Source of the DNA: Paraspadella gotoi
Taxonomy: Eukaryota > Animalia > Chaetognatha
Direction: 5' to 3'
Length of the DNA stretch: 64,000 nt
Assembly (NCBI GenBank): GCA_051294375.1
Contig: JBJCIZ010000957.1
Span: 882-64,881 of the forward strand
In this document: positions 13,800 through 29,260 of the stretch, piece by piece
Numbering within the stretch: position 1 is the first letter of the stretch
Layout of the letters: the number at the start of each line of letters is the position of its first letter
Position numbers and translations under genes: made by a program
The notes under the pieces: generated by a model
What the model was told of the DNA's origin: nothing
The model's database searches: none
Seen by the model: only the letters and a program-made list of their open reading frames with translations

Positions 13800-14368
13800 T
13801 CAGATTATTAAAATTTTATAAAATTTACATAAGATTTTGAAATATAAAAATGAAAACTTATAAAAATATTTTTGTAAGTTTATTTCTTAATTTTATATTT
13901 TATAAAAAGTTAGTTAACTATATTTATTAATAACTATGAGTAAAAATTAAGTTAAAGTTAAAAAATTATAATTTAAAAATTGTATTCCTGGATTTGTATT
14001 TGTTACAAAAAGTTGATATAAGAAAATATAATTTTTATTCCAAAATTATGTATTTAAGTTGGTCAAAATTCAGAAAACTATAATTTTAAGCCAAAAATTT
14101 AAAAATTATATAAAAAAATGAATTTGTTAAAATGGATTATATTTTCTTATATCAAATTTTTATAAGGAATTCAAATCAGGTTTTAAAATTGTAAAATTTT
14201 AATTTTTTTCACTTTCACTCATTTTTATTATTATTTATTAATAGATATAGCTAACAAACAGTTAACAAAATATAAAATTTATAAATAAACTTACTGAAAT
14301 ATTTATATGGGTTTTTATTTTTATATTATGTAAACTAAATATAGCTTTTATAAAATTTTAATAATTTG
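13800..14368. repeat. AT-rich ~570-bp imperfect foldback element
   Basis: TTATTAAAATTTTATAAAA pairs with TTTTATAAAATTTTAATAA; TTGATATAAGAAAATATAAT pairs with ATTATATTTTCTTATATCAA; centre ~14085. Confidence 0.65.
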
Positions 14369-14909
14369 AGTTTCTTACGTTTGTTGTATTTGAATAGTAA
14401 CTTATATGCTGCAAAAATAGCCATTTTCGACAAAGAAGATGAAACTATACAAAAAAATGGTTATCAACATCAAATTCTACACTACCGACTTGATTACACT
14501 AAAATAGCTATGTACCTTATTCGATTTGTTATATTTTTTTTTATTACCCTATCATTGAATGGGGCTACCCCTACCAACAGACCCCCATTTACTAGGCTAA
14601 ACTCATTCGCACATTCACACCAACTTGGATGCCCTTCAGAACCCACCTCAACCTAATTCTCAACTCATTTAAACCCCTCTTCCTTCAAACCTTTTTCTCC
14701 CCCCCCCAACGGGAACCCAACGAGGAGGTCATCGGCAAAACCACAATATACCGAAAAAAATTAAAGTTAGTTTCTGAACAAAAAAAAAAAACCAAAAAAT
14801 TAACTGATCAGCAGACGCAGTCCCTAAGAAAAAAAAAAAGGAATAAAAACCCGATGTTGCGATAGCAAAATGATAACATGTGGATAAGGCGCTAAGTGGG
14901 CAGAAGATG

Positions 14910-15108
14910 ACTATCAATAACTTTTATAACCCCCTCTAGCAGACATGGAATGGGTCCTGGGATTGGAACCTGGCTTGAGGGTTTGCCACGCCCCCAAGGC
15001 GGCTTACGGCCATCCTCACTCTTCCCGCAGGGTAGGTACCGGGTTGGGATTGAATCCGGTACCTAGTGGTTATGAGCTGATGGCTTTACTCAATGAGCCA
15101 CCGGGTCA
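14910..15108 (-). mobile_element. tRNA(Met-like)-derived SINE
   Basis: Minus strand reads GACCCGGTGGCTCATTGAGTAAAGCCATCAGCTCATAACCACTAGGTACCGGATTCAATCCC (A box, CTCATAA anticodon-loop-like segment, B box), followed by a ~140-bp non-tRNA body. Confidence 0.7.
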
Positions 15109-16001
15109 CAACTGAAAAAGTCATGCTTATAGGCGGGGTGAACCTAGGCAATGCCCGACTACAAACATGCATGAATGCGATGCTTAATTTTACGAGTTCA
15201 ATCCTTATTCAATTTTTTTTTTTAATAAAAACGCAGAGAGAGAGAGAGAGAGTGAGAGAGAAAAAAGAAAGAAATCAAAAGGCAGAAGCAGCGAGAGAAA
15301 AGAGAGAAAAAGAAAGATCCCCTGCAGAGCCAGCTGCAGACTCAAAAGGCAGCAGCAGAAGCAGCAGGAGAAAAGAGAGAAAAAAAATAAGCCCCTGCAG
15401 AGCCAGCTGCAGACTCCTTTTTTTCCCTATGATTATGAATCAGTGACTAGGGAAAAGAGAGAGGGAGAGAGACATGTAATTAAAAGAGAAAAGAGAGAGA
15501 GAAAGAAATATGAAAATAAAAGAGAGAAAATTTGTTTTGATAAAACGTAAACAAAACATATTTATTAACTGTCCAGACTCAATTTTAGGCACATCGATGA
15601 TGAGAAACTGTATATAATTTTTCAACTTCATACACCCAAATTTAATCATAAAAAAGGCGATCTATAATTTGGAACGCCGACAACGCTGACAACGCCGACG
15701 ACGATGATGACGACGCCACTTCTGCACAAAAGCGTTACAATATCGTCGCAAACGCTCAGCGATTGCGACGATAAAAAGTACTGTCAGTAATATTTTAATT
15801 AGCCTCCAATTTAGTAATTATCTTTCTTACAAATTTTGTCTCTCTTAATTCTGTAAGTTCCAAAGTTTAATATTTCATAGATTCACAGGAACTCTGCGCC
15901 TATTTTGTAAACATTTTGTCTAAGTAGAATAAACAAAGGAAGAGAGACGAGAGGGAGGCCGAAATTTTAGTGCATTCTATTTTTAGATCTCAAAGGTTTA
16001 A

Positions 16002-16881
16002 GGGGACCCAGTGATAAAAATGATATCATAAGCTTAAGGGTCTATCATCAAAGGAATTTGAATGGTGATAGTCATTAATTTTTCTTTGCACGGGAAAGTG
16101 GCAAAAAAATTCCTATCTCTTATTGTAGCGGAAACAAAAATTTAATAATTATGAAAAAAACATTTAGTTGACCCTACCTAAATATTTATATAATCCATTA
16201 TTTTATTTTTGCATTAGAAAGTATTTTTTACTAAATTTTAAATTTTTCTTTTTTACTGTACAAAGCTATAATTTTAGGTTTAAGCCTCATTGAACAAAGG
16301 CTTTACAAGACTAATATTTTTTTATTTTTATATTTGCTTAAAAGCAGACAAATCAAACCTAAATTCTATTCTTACAGAAACAAAACTGTAATAATTATTA
16401 ATTAATATTCATATTCATCCCTTAAATGTATTATTAAAGTATATTGATTTCTAATTGTAACAGTTAAAAATTTAGCAAAAGTACAGAATCTTTCTCTTCT
16501 TTTTATATTTATATTACTTCAAAGAGTTTTATTTTTATCCAATTAACAGAATCATTTTAAAAGAATGTTTAAATAAAATCAGTCGATACCTTAAATTTTG
16601 ATTCATTCCTAGTTTTTTTTCTTATAAATTTTTGTTATAAAAGCTGAAAATCTTTTTAAAATTAGATCTTACCCTTTTTTGGAAAAAAAAATTTTAAACT
16701 TGAAAAAGATTTTCTTCTTACCGATTTTTTAAAGAAAATTAAGCTCGCTGATTTTATCAAATTTTTTAACTACTTTCCCAAATGATTATAGAAAAAAAAA
16801 TTATATGATCAGAACCAGCTTAAGTTAAAGGGTCAAACATTATGTTTTCAGCTTTTTACCCCCCCTGTTCACTTGGTCCCC
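16002..16881. mobile_element. Non-autonomous DNA transposon with TTAA TSD (Kolobok-like termini)
   Basis: TTAA|GGGGACCCAGTGA ... TCACTTGGTCCCC|TTAA. Confidence 0.7.
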
Positions 16882-17057
16882 TTAAGAACCGTTTTTATTT
16901 CTCCTGTAACTTTTAAGTAAAATGAACTCCTTCAATTTACAATCATTTCAGCTCTCGATTTAACATCTTTGAGGGCCACAGGTCACGTTACCGACAGTAC
17001 CGCTTAATTGATTTAAATCGAGTCATAACTCTGCAGTCAGTTTACAAAAGAATTACG

Positions 17058-17092
<35 letters not shown>

Positions 17093-17631
17093 GTACGTAT
17101 GTGCGTGGGTGAAAACTCGTCTGTCGATTTGCCGGTCCGAGTTCTGATTGGAAGGGCGGTTCTGACGTCCCTCTTTCGAAATTCGCTGAGTAAGTTGCAA
17201 GAAGCGTGAAAGGTTTGGAAGCAAAATCGTTGACAATGACGATGTAATCGATGTTATAGAGGGTAAGGCAGAAGCAGTAAAAGGAAACTTCGTTGAAGCG
17301 AGTTCTTACGCTACGACGCAAAGGTGAGGCCGAGACTTCGCTCTCGTATATATATTAGAGAGTAGTGAAAGTTATGTACAAAAATTTTAAAGTCAATTAT
17401 GAACAACAAACCATCAGTGAACATTAATTGTATGAAATAATTTTATGTTTTTTAATTTTTTAAAATTTTTAAATCTATGCCCTTATAAAACCGTTTAAAA
17501 GAAAATATTATGGTCGCCACAATATAAATGTTTTTAAAAATTCTTTCATTAAGTAGGTTAAAAATAAAAAAGCTATATTTAACATATTTAGAGAGTAATA
17601 ATTGTTGAGTTAGTGACAGAACCGTTCAATA

Positions 17632-18696
17632 CAGTGTGTCCCAATGGTACTGTCGGTTAACTTTTACATACTGTGCGGAGCTGTGTTATTAAATCTTATT
17701 TCTGAGATAACAATGTCAAAGATAAGTTCTTACCATTTATGATACATCGTCACAATTCTTCACCTTCTTCTTACTTTTATTATTACTATTTTTTGTCTTC
17801 TACTATACTATATTTTGAATTCAATTTTTATCAATTTTTCTTTGATGAACATTCAATTTAAATGAGTCATAATTTCTTACCTTTTTAATTTTTAGCTAAT
17901 TTTTTATTTTAAAATAAAATTTATTAAAAAAATAAAATATAAAATATTTTAAATAGATGTAAATTATTTAAATTTAAATTTGTATGAAATAAATGCATTA
18001 ATAAAAACAAATAAACAAATATTAAAAAAATATAAAAATTGATAAAAATATACTAATTAATTTGATTTTTAAATTGTATTATTTGAAGTTGTGAGCGATT
18101 GAATCGTTAAGCCAGAACAAAATGGTTACTATTTATACAATAAATTATTATTAAATCAATTAAAAAAGTAATATAAACAAGGTAAGTAGTATGGTGGACT
18201 AAAATCCACCAACCGTTCATCAGCAATTAGGCAATTAGTGCAAGAGGCAAGTCATTCGTCTCCCAACCCCAAAGCCCAGTGGCCGCCTAGCAGTTAAGAG
18301 GGACGGGGCGCTTAACCCGCCTGTAACATGGTGTTACAGCCTGATCCGAAGCTCAGGGATTGCTGATATTGAATGGTTCTGTCACTAACAAATAACAATT
18401 ATCACTGTCTCTTCAGTAGATAATTTTAAAAATAATTATTACTGTATTATAAAAGCTCTGGAGCTAAAAATAAAAGATTAAAAATTAAAGAAAAGATTGA
18501 AAACATTATTTTATAAATATTAAAAAATATATAAATTAAGAATTTTTTTTAAAAAATTCACTAATTGCTTTCTACAGGAGTATCCTATAAAATGGTCCAG
18601 ACTTGTACGAATAATCATTATAATGAATTAAAGTTTCTCGATCTGGTATCGGAGTAGTAAGCTTATCTTAACAGACAGAACCATTGGGACACACTG
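17632..18696. mobile_element. Non-autonomous Tc1/mariner-like element with TA TSD
   Basis: TA|CAGTGTGTCCCAATGGT ... ACCATTGGGACACACTG|TA. It splits a minus-strand LTR fragment at TTCAA-TA-TAAGCAG. Confidence 0.8.
18187..18415 (+). mobile_element. Solo LTR, same family as 60754-60989
   Basis: GTATGGTGGACTAAAATCCACC...GCCTGATCCGAAGCTCAGGG...CTGTCTCTTCA aligns end to end with the LTR at 60754-60989. Confidence 0.8.
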
Positions 18697-20099
18697 TATA
18701 AGCAGTCCCTGAGCTTCGGATCAGGCTGTAATAGCGTGTTAGAGGCGGGTTAATGAAAGAATTTTTAAAAAAGAGTTATGTTTCTTTATAATAGGGCTGT
18801 GCATCGTTCGAATCAAAGTTCCGATCAAGATTCATTTATATTTCACTTCTATTCAAAACTGCATAGTCAAGGCTCCAAAAAATTATATCAATATGGGCAT
18901 ATTTTGAAAGCTTGGCGTCTTGGGAAGCCAACGGAGGTAGAACGCGATCGAAATTCCCATTTTAACATGCCCAAAAATGGTATTTAAATTGACTGGTCAG
19001 GCCATTTTTTCCTTTTTACCAAAAAGCCTGCTAGATCTTTTGTAAAATAGAACAAATCATACATATCAGTACGGTTTTGGATAGCTTATTGTCTTCTCTA
19101 CAGAATAAAAAAAAGAAAAGTTTAAACTCTTGCAATCTTGAATGCTTGATAAAGCAATCAAATGAACTGGTTTTTTAGGTGAAAACTGCATAGTCAAGCC
19201 TTCATATTTTTTTTTGTTCTAAAACCATCGAAAGAAACTATATTGTTTTTACTATCTGTTTCAGGTAGAGCGCGGGGTTAAATTTTGTCTATTTATATTA
19301 AATTTCGTGCTAATAGAAACAAAATTAGTTAAGCGCACGGTAATCCTTTTTTAAGCGCATTCCGGGGTGTGCCGAATAGTCGTCGAGACGTTGCTGATGA
19401 CGTATTTGACTCTTAGAAACCGATTGTTTACACTCGTCTCTAGGCAGATAGAAGTTTCACTTAGCCTGTTTTGATAAGAGAACGCGGAGCCGGCGGGGAT
19501 GAAAATAAACAAAGTTGTAGTTGGTGATTCCGGTCAATGCTCACTTGCCTGATTAGTGAGTATTTAATGAAATGAACATTAAATTGATGATTTATTGAAA
19601 TTACTTTACATTGTTAAGGTTTTGAACTCCACTACATTTACTTTCACAATACAATACTTGTACGTTCTAACACTGGCATTGTGACTTGAAAGACAGACAT
19701 TTAAATTAGGTTCTCGAAAAATAGCCTATTTTACTTTATACGGGGCGTATTTAAAACTCTTGAAACAGGTTATCTAACAAGGACATCGCTCGAAAGAAAG
19801 GATTGATCATGCGCGATCCGGGCAAGATAAAAACGAAATTTAAACTTGGCTTTACGTTTTGCAACAGTTCCCAACGGTTGGCGGTCTGTTTTTAGTGGAT
19901 ATTCCTTGAGCCAGGGTTAAATTTTTCATTATCATACAATCATTATCATTTAATTATAATTTTAATAATATTAAATAAATAAATCATGGCATTTCCGGAG
20001 ATTAATCGTTCTAGAGGTTTATGGAAAAATCTGTTTTTGCTGGATTTATAGTTAAATTTTAATAATATTGGACAAGGAAGAGCAAGTTAAAAAAATAGT

Positions 20100-20740
20100 A
20101 TACAAGTATGCATACTTTTTTCAAAGTATGCATTCTTTTTAAAAGTATTCATACTTTGAAAAAAGTATGCATACTTTTTTCCAACTTGCATACTTTTTAA
20201 CAACTTGCATACTATTTTTTCCAAGTATGCATACTTTTTTCCAAGTGTGCATACTTTTTATAAAGTATGCATAATTTTTTTCAAGTTTGCATAATTTTTT
20301 CTAAGTATGCAAAATTGTTTCCAAGTATGCATACTTTTTTTAAAGTATGCAATTTTTTTATAGTATGCATACTTTTTTCAAAGTATGCATACTTTTTTCA
20401 AATTCCATACTTTTTCAAATTGCATACTTTTTCAAATTGCATACTTTTTCAAATTGCATACTTTTTCAAATTGCATACTTTTTCAAATTGCATAATTTCT
20501 TCAAATTGCATAATTTCTTCAAATTATATACTTTTTTCAAATGACATATTTTTTTCAAATTGCATACCTCTTCAAATTGCATACTTTCCTCAAATTGCAT
20601 ACTTTTTCAAAATATGCATACTTTTTCAAATTGCATAGTTTTTTAAAATTGCATACTTTTTCAAATTGCATACTTTTTCAAATTGCATACCTCTTCAAAT
20701 TGCATACTTTTTTCAAATTACATATTTTTTTCAAATTGCT
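20100..20740. repeat. ~17-20-bp minisatellite (TTGCATACTTTTTCAAA)n
   Basis: Visible tandem array, related in reverse complement to 39737-40700. It is followed by a HINE-type 3' end at ~20746-20775. Confidence 0.9.
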
Positions 20741-20782
20741 TAGTCAAACCCGATATTGTTTGCTCAATCTTGTTTATAATAA

Positions 20783-21456
20783 AACAAGTTTGAGCAAACA
20801 ATGTCGGATCTGCCTACGATAATTAATTAATTAATTAATAGATTAATTAATTAATTATTTAATAGATTAATTAATTAATAATTTAATAGATTAATTAATG
20901 AATTAATTTTAATAATTAATTATAATTTATATTCAGCTTGTCATCATCGATGTCCTTAAAATTGAGTCAGGACAGTTATTAAATGTTTTGTTTACATTTT
21001 ATCAAAACAAACAAATATCCTCTATTATCGAGCCAGGCGGGCAAAGCCCGTCCTGGCTAGATTTTGATTCGGTTTAGCTTTCGGTCACGCTTTTTTGCAA
21101 TCATGGCTTCTGAAAGTGTGATATCATAGGGTGTTATATATGGCTTCTAATCATCAAGATCTTTAAAATTCTCATGTTTCATATCAATATTCGTATTTGT
21201 TTATGTTTTATTTACAAAACAAAAACGTTTTAATTATACGTCGCTCTCTCTCTCTTTCTTTTAAATATATGAAATTGGTACAACCAATATAAAAATTATC
21301 CATTCATTTAATAAATAAGCTATCTTGCCCCTGACTTTGGACAGGCTTTGGTGGTTTAAGGCCTCCATCTCTCTCTCTCTCTGTTTTTCTCCGTCACTGC
21401 TTCTTCTGATTTGTCTAAAAACGAGTTCCGGCTCTGCAGCGTCTGTCCAGCTTCTT

Positions 21457-21521
<65 letters not shown>

Positions 21522-21746
21522 AAAATTTTTAGATATGATGTGGGCTCACTAATGTAAAAAACGATACCGCGAACAGGGTGCGAACCCGGGTCCTTTGGGT
21601 AGAGAAGAGCTCACGCTACGTCCAGCGCCATAGGTAAGGGGGGAGTAAAGGGGAGTAAAGGGGCTGTGGAGCTTCTCTCTCTCTCTCTCTCTCTTTTAAT
21701 TATTATATATCGCTCTTTCTCTCTCTCTTTTTCTCTGCAGCGGCTG

Positions 21747-21783
<37 letters not shown>

Positions 21784-23274
21784 GTGTGTGTCTGTCCCTC
21801 TCTGTCCGATCTCTTGCGTGATTGTTTGTTTTTTTGAAAAATTCTGATTATTTTTTCCTTCTAAAAACTTTTTATTATTGCCATTATTCCGTACTTTTTT
21901 TCATACAAAATCCATATTTTCTATCCGAGATTTTCGTGAGATTTATTCTCTTTCTTTCTCTCTTTCTTTCTTTCTCTTCTCTCTTCTCTCTCTCATCTCT
22001 CCTATCTCTCTCTTCTCTTTCACTCATACAAGAATTTGTTTGTTTTATTGACTATCATCGGCATCAATGAATGACAATCATCGCATCAGTGAATGACTAT
22101 TATCACAGCAGTGAAATGACTATTCATCGCATCAATAATTGAATTATCATCGAATGCAATAATCAATTTCCTATTACATCAATAAATTACTATTACATCA
22201 ATCAATTAGTATACCTCAATCAATTACTATTACATCAATATTCGTTATCGTATCGTAAATGTGACTCATTTTTTTTTCATTAAACTCATTTCCAACTCGA
22301 TACTTTCCACTGAAACTTTAAATCAAGCTTCGTCACACATATTCCTACCACACACAAAATTCAACTCAATAATCCATCCAATTATGATTATTAGATTATT
22401 TATTGGTTAAAATAAGTAAAAACGTTTTAGTAAAGCGACATATGTTTTTTCATTTTAAACTAATTTCCACTCACACGATTCCATCGAAACCTTTATTCCA
22501 GCTTTATCACACACTTTCCTACCCACACACAAAATTTAATTTTAATCCAACCAGCCAATCACGAGTTATTGGAGCTTTTTGCTAAGATGGACGGATGACG
22601 GATTGACTTGACTAATTAATTAATTATTGATTAATTTATTTACTAATTGATTAATTAACTGATTAATTATTGATTTATTAATACATTGCCTATATATTTA
22701 ATATAAAAGGAAAAAGAAGATAATCAATTAGTAAAACAGCGTTTTTTGTTTTTTTCCATTTAAACTCATTTCCACTCAAACTATTCCATCGAAACTTGAT
22801 TTCCTGTTGAATCACACACTTTCCTACCACATACAAAACTTGCAGGTCAATCAGCCCATCCACTAATGAGCAATTGTGTTCAAATAGTTGATATATTTTT
22901 TTTGTTTTTTCCATTTAACTCATTTCCACTCGGACATTCCATATCCGCTCAATCACACACTTTACCTATCCACACACAAAATTTCGCTTAAATCCATCCA
23001 TCCAATCACGAGTAATTGGTGTTTTTGCTAAGGTGGGACGGAGGAGCTGAGCTGACCTGACGACGCTGACTGACTGACTGACTGACTGCACTGACTGACT
23101 GACTGACTGACGACAGCAGAACAGACGGACGGACGGACATTTTTTTTGCATAATTTATCATAATTCGATGTTCTGACATGATATAAGTTAGTGCCCGACA
23201 ATATTGAGGGGGCGGACCGACGGACCGACAAAGTGAATTATAGAGTCGGGATCTGCTGATAAGCAGATCCGACT
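20783..23274 (-). mobile_element. HINE family A, both ends present, minus strand
   Basis: 3' end ACAAGTTTGAGCAAACAATGTCGGATCTGCC at 20784; 5' end GAGTCGGGATCTGCTGATAAGCAGATCCGACT|AAAA at 23243-23274; (GACT/GGAC)n tract and 170-bp modules. Confidence 0.8.
21565..21636 (-). mobile_element. tRNA-derived SINE head fragment
   Basis: Minus strand TGGCGCTGGACGTAGCG...GGACCCGGGTTCGCACCC has A-box and B-box spacing but no full cloverleaf. Confidence 0.5.
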
Positions 23275-24018
23275 AAAAAGCAGGATTCAGATATGACAAA
23301 TTTTGGATATTAAACCATCATCATCGTCATTAGTTTAATTAATTTTATTCATTGCATCAATTTACCATAATTATATTGCTATCATAACAAATTAATTATC
23401 ATCAAATTAAAAATGATTCAAAAATGAAATATTAATCGTGAAGTAACGATAGTGAATTCTTAATCTCGAATTCCCGATCCTGAATTCCCGATCTTAAATT
23501 GAATTAGTTTAATAGTAGTTTTGCTGGGGAGATCAGTCACTATACTTTACATTTATTACTTCTTATCTTTTTCCTTTTTTAGTCTGTCATTATTATATTA
23601 TTTTTGTGATTAATTTTGTTACAATTTCATTTTTTTCGGGCTTAGCTTATTCAATTTTCTCTTATGAGGCCTGGTTTGCGCATAATCGCTATTATCGGTT
23701 TAAAGCTTAGTATTGTATGCTTAGCTATGCGTAGTTCAAATCCTTTTTGGATCAAAACGAGTTCGATTTTAAGCGAAAGTTGATCGGTTTGAAGCGCGAT
23801 TTTCATAACTTTTGAACGGATTATCCGATTTTGATAAAATTTTGCATGTAGATAGTATTTTAAATTTCCTATTGATCGGTACCAAATCTATTTAAAAATA
23901 CTCAATAGTTTAGAAACGATGCTCATCCCCATTTATAATTATATCAACTTTTCATGACGAATCCAAATCTGCAAAAAAATCTTATAAAAACAAATTTTAA
24001 CATTTTTATGTTTAGTAC

Positions 24019-26635
<2,617 letters not shown>

Positions 26636-27120
26636 GTACTATGGCCTACTGCGTAAATTGTAAACAAAACATATAGAACATATATAAACATAGGTAGTGC
26701 CTGAATCTAGATTCAGATTTTCAAAAAACTTTCAAAATATGATCAGAACCATATTTAATGGAAATTAGATACACAACCGGTCGGTCAATTATGCTCAAAA
26801 GGTTAGTAATAAAAATCGAGTGACTCGAATATGCAAATGAGATTAATGCGTCATCGTAAGGTTGAATATAAGGCAAAAGAGCGCATAAACAATTTAATAA
26901 TAACTATTTTTTTTAAAACAATTAATAAATATGTTTTAATTTGTTTTGATAGTTGTTTATATGAATTCTGTATAATAAAAAATATTTGAAAAAGCTCAAA
27001 TATCTAATAACATTAACATGGCTATCAAATTTTTACAAATTTGTATTTTTTTCATTTTTATTATCAAATTGGTAGAACAACTATTTCTTTTTAATGTTTA
27101 AAAGAAAAAATATTTTTAAA

Positions 27121-28647
27121 CAGAGAGTTTGATTTTATTTTGCAACGGGTTTTTATTTAAAAAAGCAGACCATGTTTCTGGGCTGCACAATAACGGAGCC
27201 TTTCATCACGGCACATGAGTTTATGAACGTTGATACAGTGTTTTTAGGTTAAAGTAAAAGAGAGAAAGAGAGAGAGAGAGAGAGAGGAGAGGAGAGAGAG
27301 GGTTAAAGGTTTCCAACAAAGAATTGAGTAAGGACAGTGATCAGTGGTGAGGACAGATTTTTGGAAGTGGCTAGTTTTGAATAAGTGTTTTGAAAAAGAA
27401 GTGAAAATTGGTGAGAGAGACACAGGAGAGAGAGAGAGAGACAAAATAAATAATATATACATTTGAGCAATGTACAACATAGATAAATATAATGGAAACT
27501 GTTTAATAACAAATTGAAATAAATTAATTTTTGAAATTGAAAAGTTGAAAATTGAAATTGAAAAATTGAGATTTTAGAGGGATAGATAAGTAAAGATTGT
27601 AGTGAAATATAAGAATTAAGAAAAGAGCTCAAAAAGCTGGGCCCCCCCGGTCTTATGAAGGAGAGGTATTGCTGACGGGGCCGGGTCATTTGGCGCGTCA
27701 TGGGTTGAGAGGATAATGGGATTGATCTCGTGTGGCTGGGTCAGGTATTGCTCCCTGAGGAAACAAACCAAGGCCACCCTTATATCCCTCTGGCTGATGC
27801 GGCCTGCCGGCGGCCCTCTTCTCACCTGACGGTGAGGGGTGGGCGGTTATCCACTCTTGCCAGCTTAGTGAACTGGGATGGTGGAAGTCCTCTTCATCTT
27901 CTGTAGCCGTCGTTTGGGGCGACGCCCAGACCTCAGAGAAAGAGGCTGAGTTGCTGCCGGGAGATTCGAGGTGTCAGGTGCCCATCGTTTACCCGAGGGT
28001 CTCCGCCTTACCGCGTGAGATAGCGGATAGGGGAGTCATTGTGCGGTTGTGGTGGTGTGGGGCATTCACCACTGCTCTTATAAGCGAATCATAGTTTGGA
28101 GGGGAGATCGAATCGTCATTTTGAGCTCTTTCTTAATTCTTATATTTCACTAAACAATCTTTACTTATCTATCCACTAAAATCTCAATTTTTCAATTTCA
28201 ATTTTCAACTTTTCAATTTCAAAAATAATTTTATTTCAATTTGTTATTAAACAGTTTTCCATTATATTTATCTATGTTGTACATTGCTCAAATGTAATTA
28301 TTTATTTATTTTGTCTCTCTCTCTCTCTCTTGTTCTCTCTCACCAATTTTCACTTCTTTTCAAAACTTATTCAACTAGCCACTTCCAAAAATCTGTCCTC
28401 ACCACTGATCACTGTCCTTACTCAATTCTTTGTTGGAAACCTTAACCTCTCTTCTCTCTCTTCTCTCTCTCTTTCTCTCTTTTACTTTAACTAAAAACTT
28501 GTATCAAGTTCATAACTCATGGTGCGCTGATGAAGGCTCGTATTGTGAGCCGAAACATGTCTGCTCTTTTAAATAAAATTCGTTGCAAAATAAAATCAAA
28601 CTTTGTTAATCTCTGCGAAAGCAACGAAAAAGAAAGGATAATTACCA
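27121..28647 (-). mobile_element. Truncated Penelope-like element with inverted pLTRs (arms ~27123-27633 and 28118-28605)
   Basis: ~500-bp inverted arms. The minus-strand interior encodes RRPKRR..KLARVD..QRDIRVA, homologous to the 3' end of the PLE at 53 kb. HHR in the right arm, degenerate copy in the left. Approximate TSD AAGAAAATATTTTAAA. Confidence 0.85.
28524..28564 (+). ncRNA. Minimal hammerhead ribozyme
   Basis: GCG-CTGATGA-A-GGCTC(GTATTGT)GAGCC-GAAA-CATG-TC-TGC. Confidence 0.8.
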
Positions 28648-29149
28648 AGAAAATATTTTAAAAATATAGCTTTTTTAATAAGCTATCGATTGGTGCATTA
28701 AGAAAATTACATTATTACATATTTACATTTTTTAGGGAAAAGTTATTTGACGAAAACTAATTTTTTCTTTTTTGATTTTTGTACCAATCAACTTTGTCGT
28801 CCTATAACTTTCAAACGCTTTGCTCGATTTATTGGGACTTGTACAATCACTTTATCGTTCAATAAGCTTTATTTTATGTATAATTGTATATCTATCTTGG
28901 TAAAATTCAGCCATCCAATACAGTTTTTTTCCATATGAAAAAGTATATTTTTTTTTCGCCATAGAGTACAAGATAATGACAGAGCAGAGAGAAAGACACA
29001 GATTGAGCCAAAAGTATAATTTCTAGATATAGGCTTTATACAGCATTAAAGTTGGAATTTGATAAAACTGATCCTCACCCATGACAAATTAAAGATTTAC
29101 CCTCGCTTTTTTATTAGCCTCCAAGTGGCTCCAGAATTAAGGCAAGGTT

Positions 29150-29260
29150 GGCGGCGATGTCGGCGGCGAGGACGGCGGCGAAGTCGGCGGCGAAATCGGC
29201 GGCGAAGTCGGCGGCGAAGTCGGCGATGAATTCGATAAATTCGGCGCATTTCGGCGGCGT
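29150..29260 (+). repeat. 12-bp GC-rich minisatellite (TCGGCGGCGAAG)n
   Basis: About 6-7 visible units; explains the spurious AAKS-repeat ORF. Confidence 0.8.

Noticed and set aside
15045-15108. Functional tRNA-Met gene
   Set aside because: The stems do not pair into a full cloverleaf and the sequence continues into a repeated SINE-like body.
20267-20822. ORFs such as FQIAYFFKLHTF and KIMQVEK (also at 39738-40119)
   Set aside because: Translations of minisatellite arrays.
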